This document shows positions 48,678 to 64,000 of a stretch of 64,000 nucleotides of DNA, piece by piece. The notes below the pieces were generated by a model. That model was given only the letters and a program-made list of their open reading frames with translations, was not told where the DNA came from and searched no databases. The position numbers and the translations under genes were made by a program. Position 1 is the first letter of the stretch, and each line of letters starts with the position of its first letter. Source of the DNA: the human T2T-CHM13v2.0 reference genome, Homo sapiens; NCBI RefSeq assembly GCF_009914755.1, contig NC_060926.1. One strand, given 5' to 3'.

Positions 48678-48976
48678 TAACTCCTGACCTTGTGATCCAC
48701 CCGCCTTGGCCTCCCATAGTTCTGGGATTACAGGCATGAGCCACAGCGCCAGGCCTAGATGTTTCTTAAGGTATGTATCTCCCAAAGATTCTTTTTGTGG
48801 TCCTCAAGTACCATAAGCACCGCTGGAGATAACACATGTGATGGGCATTTTTAGCATAGATTGTATCTAAGCAACTTTCCACAAGTAATAGTTCTGTTAA
48901 GGGTTGTTATTGTGGCCGGGCGCGGTGGCTCACACCTGTAATCCTGGCACTTTGGGAAGCTGAGGCGGCCGGATCA

Positions 48977-49201
<225 letters not shown>

Positions 49202-49456
49202 TCAAAACAAAAAAAGAGTTGTTACCGTTGGGACTATTTTTTGAAAGCTTTATGTGAACGTAATTTTATATTTTGATGAAAATTTAGTTTATTGATGTAA
49301 AAAGTGTATCAGTACATCATATCAGTGTCTTGCACATTGTATAAACATTTAATGTAGGTGAATCTGTTATCACTATAGTTATCAATGTTATAATTTTCAT
49401 TTTTGCTTTTCTTATTCCTTTTCTCATAGTAGTTTAAACTATTTCTTTCAAAATAG

Positions 49457-49615
<159 letters not shown>

Positions 49616-49692
49616 TAAATGTGAATTACAATATATATAATGTAAATATGTAATATATAATAAATAATATGTAAACTATAGTGACTTTTTAG

Positions 49693-49875
<183 letters not shown>

Positions 49876-50394
49876 TAGCTGGGATTACAGGCATGTGCCA
49901 CCACGCCTGGCTCATCTTTTTTGTATTTTTAGTAGAGATGGGGTTTCTCTATGTTGGTCAGGCTGGTCTCAAACTCCTGAACCTCAGGTGATCCGCCCGC
50001 CTCGGGCTTCCAAAGCGCTGAGATTGCAGGCATGAGCCACTGTGTCTGGCCTATTTTTATAGTTTATGTACTTGGAATTATATAATATATTCTGCCTAGC
50101 TTCTTTCATTCAATATTTGTAAGATTTATCCATATTATTGAGTGTAGTTGTGGATTTTTGCATTTATATTTCATAGCACGAGCATGTCAGAATTTATCCA
50201 TTTTACTTCCCTTCTGCCCGCCACTGCTACTCTCCCCATTTTACCTTTTTTTTTGTTTTTTTGAGATGGAGTCTCAGAATTTCGCTCTGTCGCCCAGGCT
50301 GGAGTGCTGTGGCACGGTCTCAGCTCACTGCAACTTCTGCCTCTGGGTTCAGCTGCACGCCACCATGCCTGGCTAATTTTTGTATTTTCAGTAG

Positions 50395-50514
<120 letters not shown>

Positions 50515-50589
50515 TAATTTTGATGGACATTTGGGTAATTTTCATTTTTGGCTGTTATAAATACTGCTGCAATTACAGTTAATTTTCAC

Positions 50590-50625
<36 letters not shown>

Positions 50626-51311
50626 AGGTGAGTTTCGCTCTTGTTGCTCAGGCTGGAGTGCAGTGGTGCGATCTCAGCCCACTGCAACCTTCACCTTCTG
50701 GATTCAAGCAATTCTCCTTTCTCATCTCCTAAGTAGCTGGGGTTTACAGGCATGTGCCACCATGCCCAGCTAATTTTTGTATTTTAATTTCACAGTTCTG
50801 GAGGCTGGGAAGTTCAGAATTAAGGCACTGGCTGATCTGTTGTCTGGTGAGGGCCCACTTGTTCATAGATAACCATTTTCTCACTCTAACCTCACAAGGT
50901 TGAAAGGGCCTAATTTTTGTGTTTTTAGTAGAGACGGGGTTTCACTATGTTGGCTAGGCTGGTCTCAAACTCCTAGCCTCGAGTCATCCACCCGCCTCGT
51001 CCTCCCGGAGTGCTTGGATTACAGCATGAGCCACTGCGCCCGGCCCCCATTTTAGTTTTGATGGACATTTGGGTAATTTTCTTTTTTGGCTATTCTAAAT
51101 AATGCTGCAATTACTGTTAATTTTCACCTTGTAAAAACCATTTTCAAATCTCAAGAGATTAACCTTTAGTTTTCTTGGTTTGGATTGGGAAGGAACACCA
51201 AGGAAAATGAGGGACTTCAGAATTTATTTTCATTTTGCATTTGTTTTTTAAAATCTTTAGAACTGGATCCAGTGGTATAGAAATCTTCGATTTTTAAATT
51301 CTTAATTTTAG

Positions 51312-51536
<225 letters not shown>

Positions 51537-53338
51537 TGAAGAAGCTTATAAAGGAGCTAAAATATTTTGAAATATTATTATACTTGGATTAGATAACTAG
51601 CTTTAAATGGCTGTATTTTTCTCTCCCCTCCTCCACTCCACTTTTTAACTTTTTTTTTTTTAAGTCAGAGTCTCACTTGTTCCCTAGGCCAGAGTGCAGT
51701 GGCACAATCTCAGCCCACTCTAACCTCCACCTCCCAAGTAGTTGGGATTACAGTTGCCTGCCACCATGCCTGGTTAATTTTTATATTTTTAGTAGGGTTG
51801 CGGGGACAGGGTTTCACCATGTTGGCCAGGTTGGTCTCAAACTTCTGACCTTAGGTGATCCTCCCACCTCGGCTTCCCAAAGTGCTGGGATTACAGGCTT
51901 GAGCCATCGTGCCCAGCCTACTTTTTACTTTTTTAGAGACTGGGCTTGGTGGAGTGAAGTGGCAAGATCATAGCTCACTGCAGTATTGAACTCCTGGGCT
52001 CAAGCGATCTTCCTGCTTCAACCTCATGAGTAGCTGGGTCTACAGGCACAAGCCACCATGCTTGCCTAATTTTAAAATTTTTGCAGAGTTGGAGTTTCAC
52101 AGTGTTGCCCAGGATGTTCGCTCACTCCTGACTTCAAGTGATTCTTCTGCCTTAGCCTCTAGAGTGGTAGCTGGGATTACAGGCATGAACCACCATGCTC
52201 TGCTATTTTTTTTCAAGGTTTTTTTTTTTTTTTTTTTTTTTTGAGAGACTGGTATGACTATGTATGCTCCCTAGGCTGGAGTGCAGTGGCTATTCACAGG
52301 AAGTGCCATCAGAGTGTACTACAGCTTCAAACTCCTGGGCTCAAGCACTTCTATCATAGTCTCCAAAGTAGCTGGGACTACGAGTGTGTCTCATTGTGCC
52401 TTGCTCTCGAATTGCTTTTTTTTTTTTTTTCTGGTTTCAAGCTATCTATGTGGTATTAGTCCTCACTTTATGAATAATTTTGTATACTACTAATAGCAAT
52501 TTTTTTTTTTTTTTTTTTTTTGAGACGGAGTCTCATTCTTGTCGCCCAGGCTGGAGTGCAGTGGTGTGATCTTAGCTCACTGCAACCTCTGCCTCTCCGG
52601 TTTGGGCAATTAGCTGGGATTAGAGGCGCCTGCCACCATGCCCAGCTAATTTTTGTATTTTTAGTAGACATGGGGTTTCATCTTGTTGGCTAGGCTGGAC
52701 TCTAACTCCAGGTGATCTGCCTGCCTCGGCCTCCCAAATTGATGGGATTACAGGTGTAAACCACTGGGCCTGGCCTAGCAATTTAAAATGACATTCTAAG
52801 AAGTTTTATGTCTAAATCTGCAGTAAGTGGCTGGGTGACGTGGCTCATGCCTGTAATCCCAACGCTTTGGGAGTCCAGGGTGGGAGGATGACTTGAGGCC
52901 AGGAGTTGAGACCAGCCTGGGCAACATAGTGAGACTCTGTCTCTACAAAAGAAAAAATTAGCGGGGCTTAGTGGCGTGCGCCTGTAGTCTCAGCTACTCG
53001 AAAGGCTGAAGTGGGAGGATTCTTTGAGCCCCAAGGGTTCTGGCTTGCCGTGAGCCAGGATGGCACCACTGCACTCCAGTCTGGGCAATAGAGTCAGACC
53101 CTGTCTCAACAAATAAAATAAAACTGTAGTAATTATAAAGTGGTTTTGGCTGGGGGAGAAATGTACAGTTGAACATACGGATTAAGAGGTTGAAAGTTGG
53201 TCTTAGGAAGAGGAACTTTTTGTGGAAATTTCTTAATATTTGAAGAATATTATGTTATTGTTCCTCTGTTTTTCATGGCGTAGTAAGGTTTTCACTAATG
53301 AGCTTGCCATTCTTTCTATTTTATTTTTTGTTTACTAG

Positions 53339-53497
<159 letters not shown>

Positions 53498-55089
53498 TAG
53501 TTTTATGTAACCTGCAGTTACCCACATGATTATACCACTTATTGTAATATGCAGTTTTGGAAGTATATGTTACCATTTAACTGTACAGAGTACATAGTAA
53601 TAGAGTGGTAATTATTTAGATTGATTAAAGAACTCATTTTTTTAAATAAGTTTTTTTTTTTTCACTATAAAAGTTTATTTTATTTGAGATGGTATGGTAT
53701 CGAACATGTTCATATTGTGTGTAATCGTGGGTAAATTACTCAACCTTTATGTCATAGTTTCTTCACCTTTAAAATGACATTAATAAAAGAGCTACTTAAT
53801 AGGATTATAAGCATGAGATGATTTAATATACATAAAATACTTACAGTCTGATATATAGGAAGCACTTAACTCTTTATCCTAGAAAAGATTTAAGGTGACC
53901 TTAACATATATGTCAGAAAATCTTTAAAATTGTGGAAATAAAAGGTTGTATAATTCTGCTATCCTAAAATTACTAGTATTTCAATATATTTTATTTTAGT
54001 CTTTTCTTTTAGATACAAGTTTTAAAACTTTTAAGTGAAGTGTAATATACGTAAGTACTGCTTGATGAATTTAAGGTGATTTCTAAAGCCAGGTTTGTTG
54101 GGGAAGAGGAGTGGGATTTAGTGATTTAGAACCAGAAATTGGGGCTGGGTGCGATGTCTCATGCCTATAATTCCAGAACTTCGGGAGGCCATAGTGGGAG
54201 AATTGTTTGTGCCCCGGAGTTCAAGACCAGCCTGGGCAACTCAGTGAGACGCCATCTCTACAAAAGAAAAAAAAAAAAAATTAGCTCAGTGTGGTGACAT
54301 GTACCTGTAGCCCGAGCTACTCGGGAGGCTGAGGTGGGAATATCACCCTGGCCCAGAAGTTTGAGGCTGCAGTGGGCTATGATTGTGCCACTGAACTCCA
54401 GCCTGGGCAATGGAGTGAAACCCTGTCTCAAAAAACAAACAAAAAAAGAAACTGAGGCTGGGCACGGTGGCTCACACATATAATCCAGCACTTGGGGAGG
54501 TTGAGGCAGGATAATTGCTTGAGCCCAGGAGTTTGAGACCAGTCTGGGCAACAAAATGACACCCCATTTCTACCAAAAAAAAAATTGTTTAAAATTAGCT
54601 GGGCATGGTGGCATGTGCCTGTGGTCCCAGCTACATGGGAGGCTAAGGCTGGAGGATTGTTTAGCCCAGGAGGTTGAGGCTGCAGTGAGCCATATTCATG
54701 TCCCTGCACTCCAGCCTGGGTGACATAGTGAGACGCTGTCTCAAACAAAAATCAACAGGCCAGATGCAGTGGCTCACCCCTGTAATCCCAACACTTTGGG
54801 AGGCCGAGGTGGGTGGATTACTTGAGGTCAAGAGTTCGAGACCAGCCCGGCCAACATGGCGAAACCCCATCTCTACTAAAAATACAAAATTAGATGGGCA
54901 TGGTGGTGTGTGCCTGTAATACCAGCTACTCTTGAGGCTGAGGCATGAGAATCGCTTGAGTTGGGAGGCAAAGGTTGCAGTGAGCCAAGATTGTGCCACT
55001 GCACTCTACCCTGGGTGAGAAACGAGATTTTGTATCAAACAAACAAACAAACAAAAAAAGACGCCCAAAATCAACAACAACAAAAACGA

Positions 55090-55231
55090 TATTGGAATGA
55101 TTGGATCCCCAAAGATAAATGTTTGAGGTGATGGATATCTCAGTTACCCTGAGTTAAGTATTATACATTGTATACGTGTATTAAAATATTACAAACCCCC
55201 AAATGTGTACAATTATGAGGTATCAATAAAA
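55090..55231 (+). mobile_element. L1MA-type 3' end
   Basis: GATAAATGTTTGAGGTGATGGATAT...CAATAAAA. Confidence 0.65.
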
Positions 55232-56126
55232 GAGATTGGAAGGACTGGGTAATTTGCAAGTAATTAAGGCAATTTACAATTTTTAATTTTTATTTGTGAA
55301 TAAGTAGTTATACGTGTCAAAATTCAAAAAGGACAGGTGGATATACAGTGATAAGTCATCCCCCCTTCTCTGTCAGCTCCATAAAGAGCCCCTGTCTTGC
55401 ATGGCTCCAGGGTCACATTTCCTATTGTATTTTGCCACCACCTGCCCTGGGAGCAACAGTGTTAGTTTCTTGAACATCCTTCCAAGCAGAGTCTGGGCCT
55501 ACACAAGCAAAACAAGTATGTCTATTCTCTCTCCTCTTTAATTTTTTTAAAGGAAGTGATTGATAATTTAACACTCAAGCTATAGGTCATTGGTTATATT
55601 TTTAATTTCCAATTTATGGGAATAGAGGAAGTGTCAGTGATCCCCTTCTGGTTTAAGAACTGGAGGATGCATGTGTTTAGACCCTTTAGAAACCTGAAAT
55701 GTCACCTAATATAATTATCAGAGTAACACTTTTTAGTAAGCAAGCTATCTATCAAAAGTAGGTTTTTGAAGAAGAGGGTAAGGAAAGGTTACTTTCATGG
55801 GACATAGCAATAATTTCTAAAATCTAATGGTTTTACAAGACTTGTTCATTAGAAGTAACATCTGTGAGGATGGCTTTATGAGTCAAAATATTATCTGCTT
55901 AATACCCCACCTGTAGGGTAAGAAGAAATGTTTTTTTCTTGGTGACAATTTTTAGCAGCAAGCGGGGAGGGCCTGTGGCTTCCAAGGCCAAACGTTGAAA
56001 TACCACAGACTAGGAAGAAAAAGATCCACTCCTTATACAGGATTTGTTTGTTTCTTCTTTTTTCTTCATTTTTGTAGAGATGAGGTCTCACTATGTTGCC
56101 CAGGCTGGTCTCTCTTTTTTTTTTGA

Positions 56127-56387
<261 letters not shown>

Positions 56388-56860
56388 TGAGCCACTGAGC
56401 CCAGCCATGCTGGTCTCAAGCAATCCACACCCACCTCAGCTTCCAAAAGTGCTGGCATTACAGGTGTGAGCCCCCGTGCCCAGCCTGTTTCTTATAATTA
56501 TTCCTCTTTCTCAACTCTGTCTGCTGTGGTACCTCATGCTTCCTAGTTTAAGCCTTCTTGGGAGTTCTCAGGAGAAATCTGTTATCTCCCTTACTAAGCA
56601 TTTGGGATTGATGTTCCTTCCAGGTTACTATAAAACCAAGTTTTTTTTGGTTCTTTTTTTTTTTTCTTTTAAAAGAAATGAGATTTTGTCATGGTTAGCC
56701 TGGTTTCAAACTCCCAAGCTCAAGTAATCCACCTTCCTTTGCCTCCCAAAGTGCTAGGATTACAGGCATGAACCACTACACCCGATCTGTACTGTTCCTC
56801 TTTCCATTCACTAAAACCTACTTGCAACTATGAGCATATGTTATTGCCATCTAGAAATGA

Positions 56861-57470
<610 letters not shown>

Positions 57471-57975
57471 TAGTGACCAACTCCCGATTTTTTACTTTGC
57501 CTTAAGCCTTCAGCTATCTCCTACCTCTAAGCGGATGATTTCTTCCTTAACACTTAAAACCTCAAAATTTATCTGTACTTCCACTCTTTTACTCTCTGGC
57601 TCTTTCTCAGAAGAAGAAATAACACTTTTATTTCTTTTCAAAGCCAACCTTTCCATACTTTACTTGGAGACATATTTCTTTTTTTTTGTTTTGTTTTTGT
57701 GAGTGGAGTCTCACTCTGTCGCCTGGTCTGGAGTGCAATGGCGCAATCTCCACTCAGTGCAACCTCTGCCTCCCAGGTTCAAGCGATTCTCCTGCCTCAG
57801 CCTGCTGAGTACCTGGGCTTACAGGTTAGCACACCACACCCGGCCAAGTTTTGGGTTTTTAGTAGAGACAGGGTTTTGCCGTGTTGGCCAGGCTGGTCTC
57901 TAACTCCTGACCTCCCGATCCGCCCGCCTCAGGTGCAAGCCACCGCGCCCAGCCCTAGTGTAGCAATCTTAATCA

Positions 57976-58315
<340 letters not shown>

Positions 58316-59089
58316 TTATTTATTTATTTTGAGACAGAGTCTCACACTATTGCCAGGGCTGGAGTGCAATGGCATAATCTTAGCTCACTGCAACCTCCGC
58401 CTCCCGGGTTCAGGTGATTCTCCTGCCTCAGCCTCCTGAGTAGCTGGGATTACAGGCGCCCGCCACCACGCCTGGCTTATTTTTTGTGTTTTTTAGTAGA
58501 GACGGGGTTTCACTACGTTGGCCAGGCTGGTCTTGAACTCCTGACCTTGTGATTTGCCCACCTCAGCCTCCCAAAGTGCTGGGATTACAGGCGTGAGCCA
58601 CCGTGCCTGGCTTATGTTAATCTTATTTTATATAAAAAGAAATAATATTAAACTAGAAGGCAATAAAAATGCCAAATTCAATACACAAATTATTTTGTCA
58701 GCATTTCCACAAGAATAAACTATTTTATATGCTAACATATGTTCAATGTTCCTTACAGAATTCTGACATTAAAAATGAAAAATTACCAAAGCTTCAGATG
58801 AATCTATAAATGGACAAAAGAAAAAGCTTAAAAGGATAAAGAGCAACACTCCAAGTGCATGTATAAACATAAGGACTCTTGGGACTTAACCTTTTTAAAA
58901 ATCTTTAGGCCTAGCACAGTATTTGCTATTTAATGTATCAAATGGGTGGTTTTGACTTCATTAATCCATATATAGGACAGATGAAAAAAAGAATTATAGA
59001 CTTGTAATTACAGTTCTTTAGGAACCATATTTGCTCTCAGCCTTTTAAATACGCTGTCAGGCAATTCCAGTCAGCACTTTTGAAAAAAA

Positions 59090-59133
59090 CCTACCTACCT
59101 ACCTACCTACCTATCTATCTATCTATCTATCTA
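59090..59133. repeat. Compound (CCTA)n(TCTA)n STR
   Basis: Read directly. Confidence 0.9.
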
Positions 59134-59371
59134 GAGACTGAGTTATAAGACTAGCTAGTTTTTGTATTTTTTGCAGAGACAGGATTTCATCATGTTTTCT
59201 AGGCTGTTCTTGAACTCCCAGGCTCAAGCCATCCACCCGCCTCAGCCTCCCAAAGCGCTGGGATTACAGGCGTGAGTCACCATGCCCAACCAATTCCAGT
59301 CAGCTCTTAAAATGAAAGCCTAGAAATGGTAGGGTTAAAGAGGGGACAGAATGTTGATTTTAAAATACCTA

Positions 59372-59736
<365 letters not shown>

Positions 59737-59756
59737 TTAAGAGTTAACTGATCCCC

Positions 59757-59837
59757 AAAATGACTCAGCTGTATGCAATTTAATGCAATATTAATTCGCA
59801 TGTTGACTCTCAGAATTGCATACAGCTGAGTCATTTT
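59757..59837. repeat. Perfect 24-bp inverted repeat with 33-nt spacer
   Basis: AAAATGACTCAGCTGTATGCAATT (59757-59780) is the exact reverse complement of 59814-59837. Confidence 0.95.
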
Positions 59838-60033
59838 ATTGAGTAGGATTGATAAGTATACTATGTTATGCCAACAGTAACTGTGATGCTTCTAAAATTG
59901 TGATTTTTAAATTGGCATTGTCACAGAAACAGCAGAGTAGTTGTTTTTTTCTTTAAGCTTCTTTTAGCCAGAAACATAAACTGAAACTGTAATTATTACT
60001 GCAATCGTATGTTGAATAGACTTGTGAAACTAG

Positions 60034-60324
<291 letters not shown>

Positions 60325-60509
60325 TAGTAGAGATGGGGTTTCACCATGTTACCCAGGATGGTCTTGATCTTCTGACCTTGTGATCCGCCCGCCTCGGCCT
60401 CCCAAAGTGCTGGGATTACAGGCTTGAGCCACCACGCCTGGCCCATTACCCATTACTTGTTTCTTAATGTTACATTCTCTTTCCCTCTTTTTTTTTTTTT
60501 GTTTTTTGA

Positions 60510-60809
<300 letters not shown>

Positions 60810-62795
60810 TGAAAATTGTGAAATAACTTAAATTTCATTTTAATTAAAGTTAATTTTTGGGAAATTAACGAAAGGTTGACATTTTATTCTTTTGAATATT
60901 GCAGTTGTTATTTGGGTTTAAATTGGGGGGCTTAGGAAGGAAAGAAGCCTGATGGTTGTTTCTGAATTTTCTGAAAATTATGTTTGATATGCTGTATATG
61001 AAATCCAGCTTGGAGAGAATATGTCCATTGTTAAGGAAAAATTAATGAAGATTTGATCTAGATAAGGCATTCCAATCATTTGGAAGTGGTTTGAGTATCT
61101 TTTTTTCTTTTTTTAATTTGAGACAGAGTCTTGCTCTGTGGAGTGTAGTGGTGCAATCTTGGCTCACTGCATCCTCCACCTCCCGGGTTCAATCAAGCAA
61201 TTCTCCTGCTTCAGCCTCCCGAGTAGCTGGGATTACAGGTATGGGCTACCATCCCCAGCTAATTTTTTTTTTTGGATGGAATCTTGCTCCCGTCGGGCAG
61301 GCTGGAGTGCAGTGGTGTGATCTCAGCTCACTGCAACCTCCACCTCCCAGTTTCAAGCGATTAAGTGATTCTCCTTCCTCAGCCTCCCGAGTAGCTGGGA
61401 TTACAGGCGTGTGCCACCACGTCGCCACCACGTCTGGCTAATTTTTGTATTTTTAGTAGAGACAGGGTTTCGCCATGTTGGCCAGGCTGGTCATGAACTC
61501 CTGACCTCAGGTGATCCACCTGCTTGGCCTCCCAAAGTGCTAGGATTACAGGTGTGAGCCACTGTGCCTGGCTTAAGTTTTGTATTTTTAGTAGAGACGG
61601 TGTTCCATCATGTTGGTCAGGCTGGTGTCAAACTCCTGACCATGCGATCCGCCTGCCTCGGCCTCCCAAAGTGCTGAGATTACAGGCGAGAGCCACCGTG
61701 CCCGGCCTGTTTGAGTATCTTTTAAAACCAGTAAGGACAAACTAGAGGTGTCAGCTCTCTTCATGGGCTTTGGAGAAACAAGACAAAAAGGAAAGAGATG
61801 TTTCGCCGGGCGCGGTGGCTCACTCCTGTAATCCCAGCACTTTGGGAGGCTGAGGACAGCGGATCACCCGAGGTCAGGAGTCAAGACCAGAGCCATTGCA
61901 CTCCAGCCTGGGCAACAAGAGCACAACTTTATCTCAAAAAAAAAAAAACCAAAAAAGAAACAGGAAAGAGATGTTTTGATTTTTTAAGTCTAGAGTGTTC
62001 TGTTCTTACTCTACAGCACTTAGCAGTAGTCCATCTATCCTCCTTGTTTGTTCTTTACAACAAAACCCCATTGGTTCTCTCTTACCAAGTTTGCTTTATT
62101 CTTGGTTTATCCTTTGTAAGATGTGAAAGGGATATGAAGAGCAAATAGGAAGTGTTACTCTTGCTGCTTGAGAGAAAGCTGTTTTACAATTTGTTGGCAA
62201 ACAATTTGTAAAAGTACAACAAAAGTGTGCATTTTTGGCTTCTTATTTATGTTTTATCATTGCTATATCTCATAATTTGTGATTTTTAAAATAACTTTTT
62301 ATTTGAAAAGCACTACAGGGTCACGTCATGTTTTTAAAAAATAAATTAAGAAGGTAAACACCCGTACTTCTACTTTACCTCTAGTCCTAGTCTATGGTGG
62401 TAATCAGTGTTAACAGTTTAGTTTGTGTTCTTACCCTTCCAGGGGTTTTTTTTCTCTATGTATACAGATATATGCATTTTTAAAAACATAGTTAACACTT
62501 AAAAACAATATGGGATCGTATTAGGAATACAATCTGTATTCCTTCCCAACAGTATATACAGTTTTTTTCCATTTCACTATGTATCTATTTATAAATTTTT
62601 TATTTCTAATAATTTCTCTTGAATAGGTGAGACATCATATAGTATAAAATTCAGTAGAAAATCAGTTTTTCAGAGGTACAAAATTGGCTGACTTTGCACA
62701 GACTCCTTTCATTTCACAGGTAGGGATGCACAGCCACCTCTTCCACCGACGAGAGGAAAGGATATGTGTGCCTGTGGGCTCTTCAACTCTGTTGA

Positions 62796-63119
<324 letters not shown>

Positions 63120-64000
63120 TGATCCACCCGCCTCGGCCTCCCAAAGTGCTGGGATTATAGGCGTGAACCACCGCGCCCAGCTTTAATTTTTTTTTTTTTT
63201 TTTTTTTTGAGACAGAGTCTTGCTCTGTCGCCCAGGCTGAAGTGCAGTGGCGCGATCTCGGCTTGCTGCAAGCTCCGCCTCCCAGGTTCACGCCATTCTC
63301 CTGCCTCAGCCTCCTGAGTAGCTGGGATTACAGGCACCCGTCACCATGCCCAGCTAATTACGGGACCTCGCTCTGTCGCCCGGGCTGGAGTGCAGTGGCA
63401 CAGTCTCGCTCACTGCAATCTGGCAAGTGATTCTCTTGCCTCAGCCTCCAGAGTAGCTGGGACTACAGGTGTGCGCCGCTACGCCCAGCTAATTTTTGTA
63501 TTTTTAGTAGAGATAGGGTTTCGCCATGTTGGTTGGCCAGGATGGTCTCGATCTCTTGACCTCGTGATCCGCCCTTCTCGGCCTCCCAAAGTGCTGGGAT
63601 TACCGGTGTGAGCCATCGCACCTGGCCTTCCTACTTTATTAAGATACCTAAGGGATTTCTGTGATTGTTAGGATTCAAATTTCTGTGAGCATAAGAATCA
63701 AGCTGTGTGCATAATAATTGCATGGGATTTCACAGCTGGGCCCCATTCCCAGGGATTTTGTATTATCTACCTCCAAGTGATTTTGATGCTGGTGATCCTT
63801 GGACCAGACTTGGTGAAGCTCAATGCTTAGCTAGGAAAGCCCCAAAAATTTGCTTTATTGGATTGTGTAATTTGACTACATCCATTGTTTCTTTTTTCAA
63901 ATGTAGAGTTATATGCCACAAAAATATTTTCCGTAGCAGTAGGCATCCTAATTAATCTCGATGTTTGTTTATAGCCCCATTGATGGGGCTATAAACTTGG

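Overview
Human chr2p21 EPCAM-MSH2 locus (Lynch syndrome region), both genes on the + strand. The window holds the complete EPCAM gene (9 coding exons, 6540-23647, 945 nt = 314 aa, poly(A) signals at 23929 and 24034), the intronic MIR559 hairpin, about 16 kb of repeat-dense intergenic DNA, and MSH2 exons 1-6 (c.1-1076, 40226-53472) including the BAT-26 microsatellite. It ends inside MSH2 intron 6. Exon boundaries were checked base by base for AG/GT and reading frame. Nearly all other ORFs in the track are Alu- or LTR-derived. This is a well-studied locus and I cannot claim a new biological system. The leads most worth testing are: (1) a full-length sense THE1 retrotransposon ending 53 bp before MSH2 exon 2, with an intact DUX4 site, strong splice sites and latent pseudoexons; (2) an upstream perfect-Kozak EPCAM first exon that would give a signal-peptide-less EpCAM or act as an overlapping uORF; (3) a perfect 24-bp inverted repeat carrying twin AP-1/ARE sites in MSH2 intron 6; (4) fold-back Alu junctions that may be fragile sites. 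Repeat subfamily names and literature variants are from memory and were not checked against a database.
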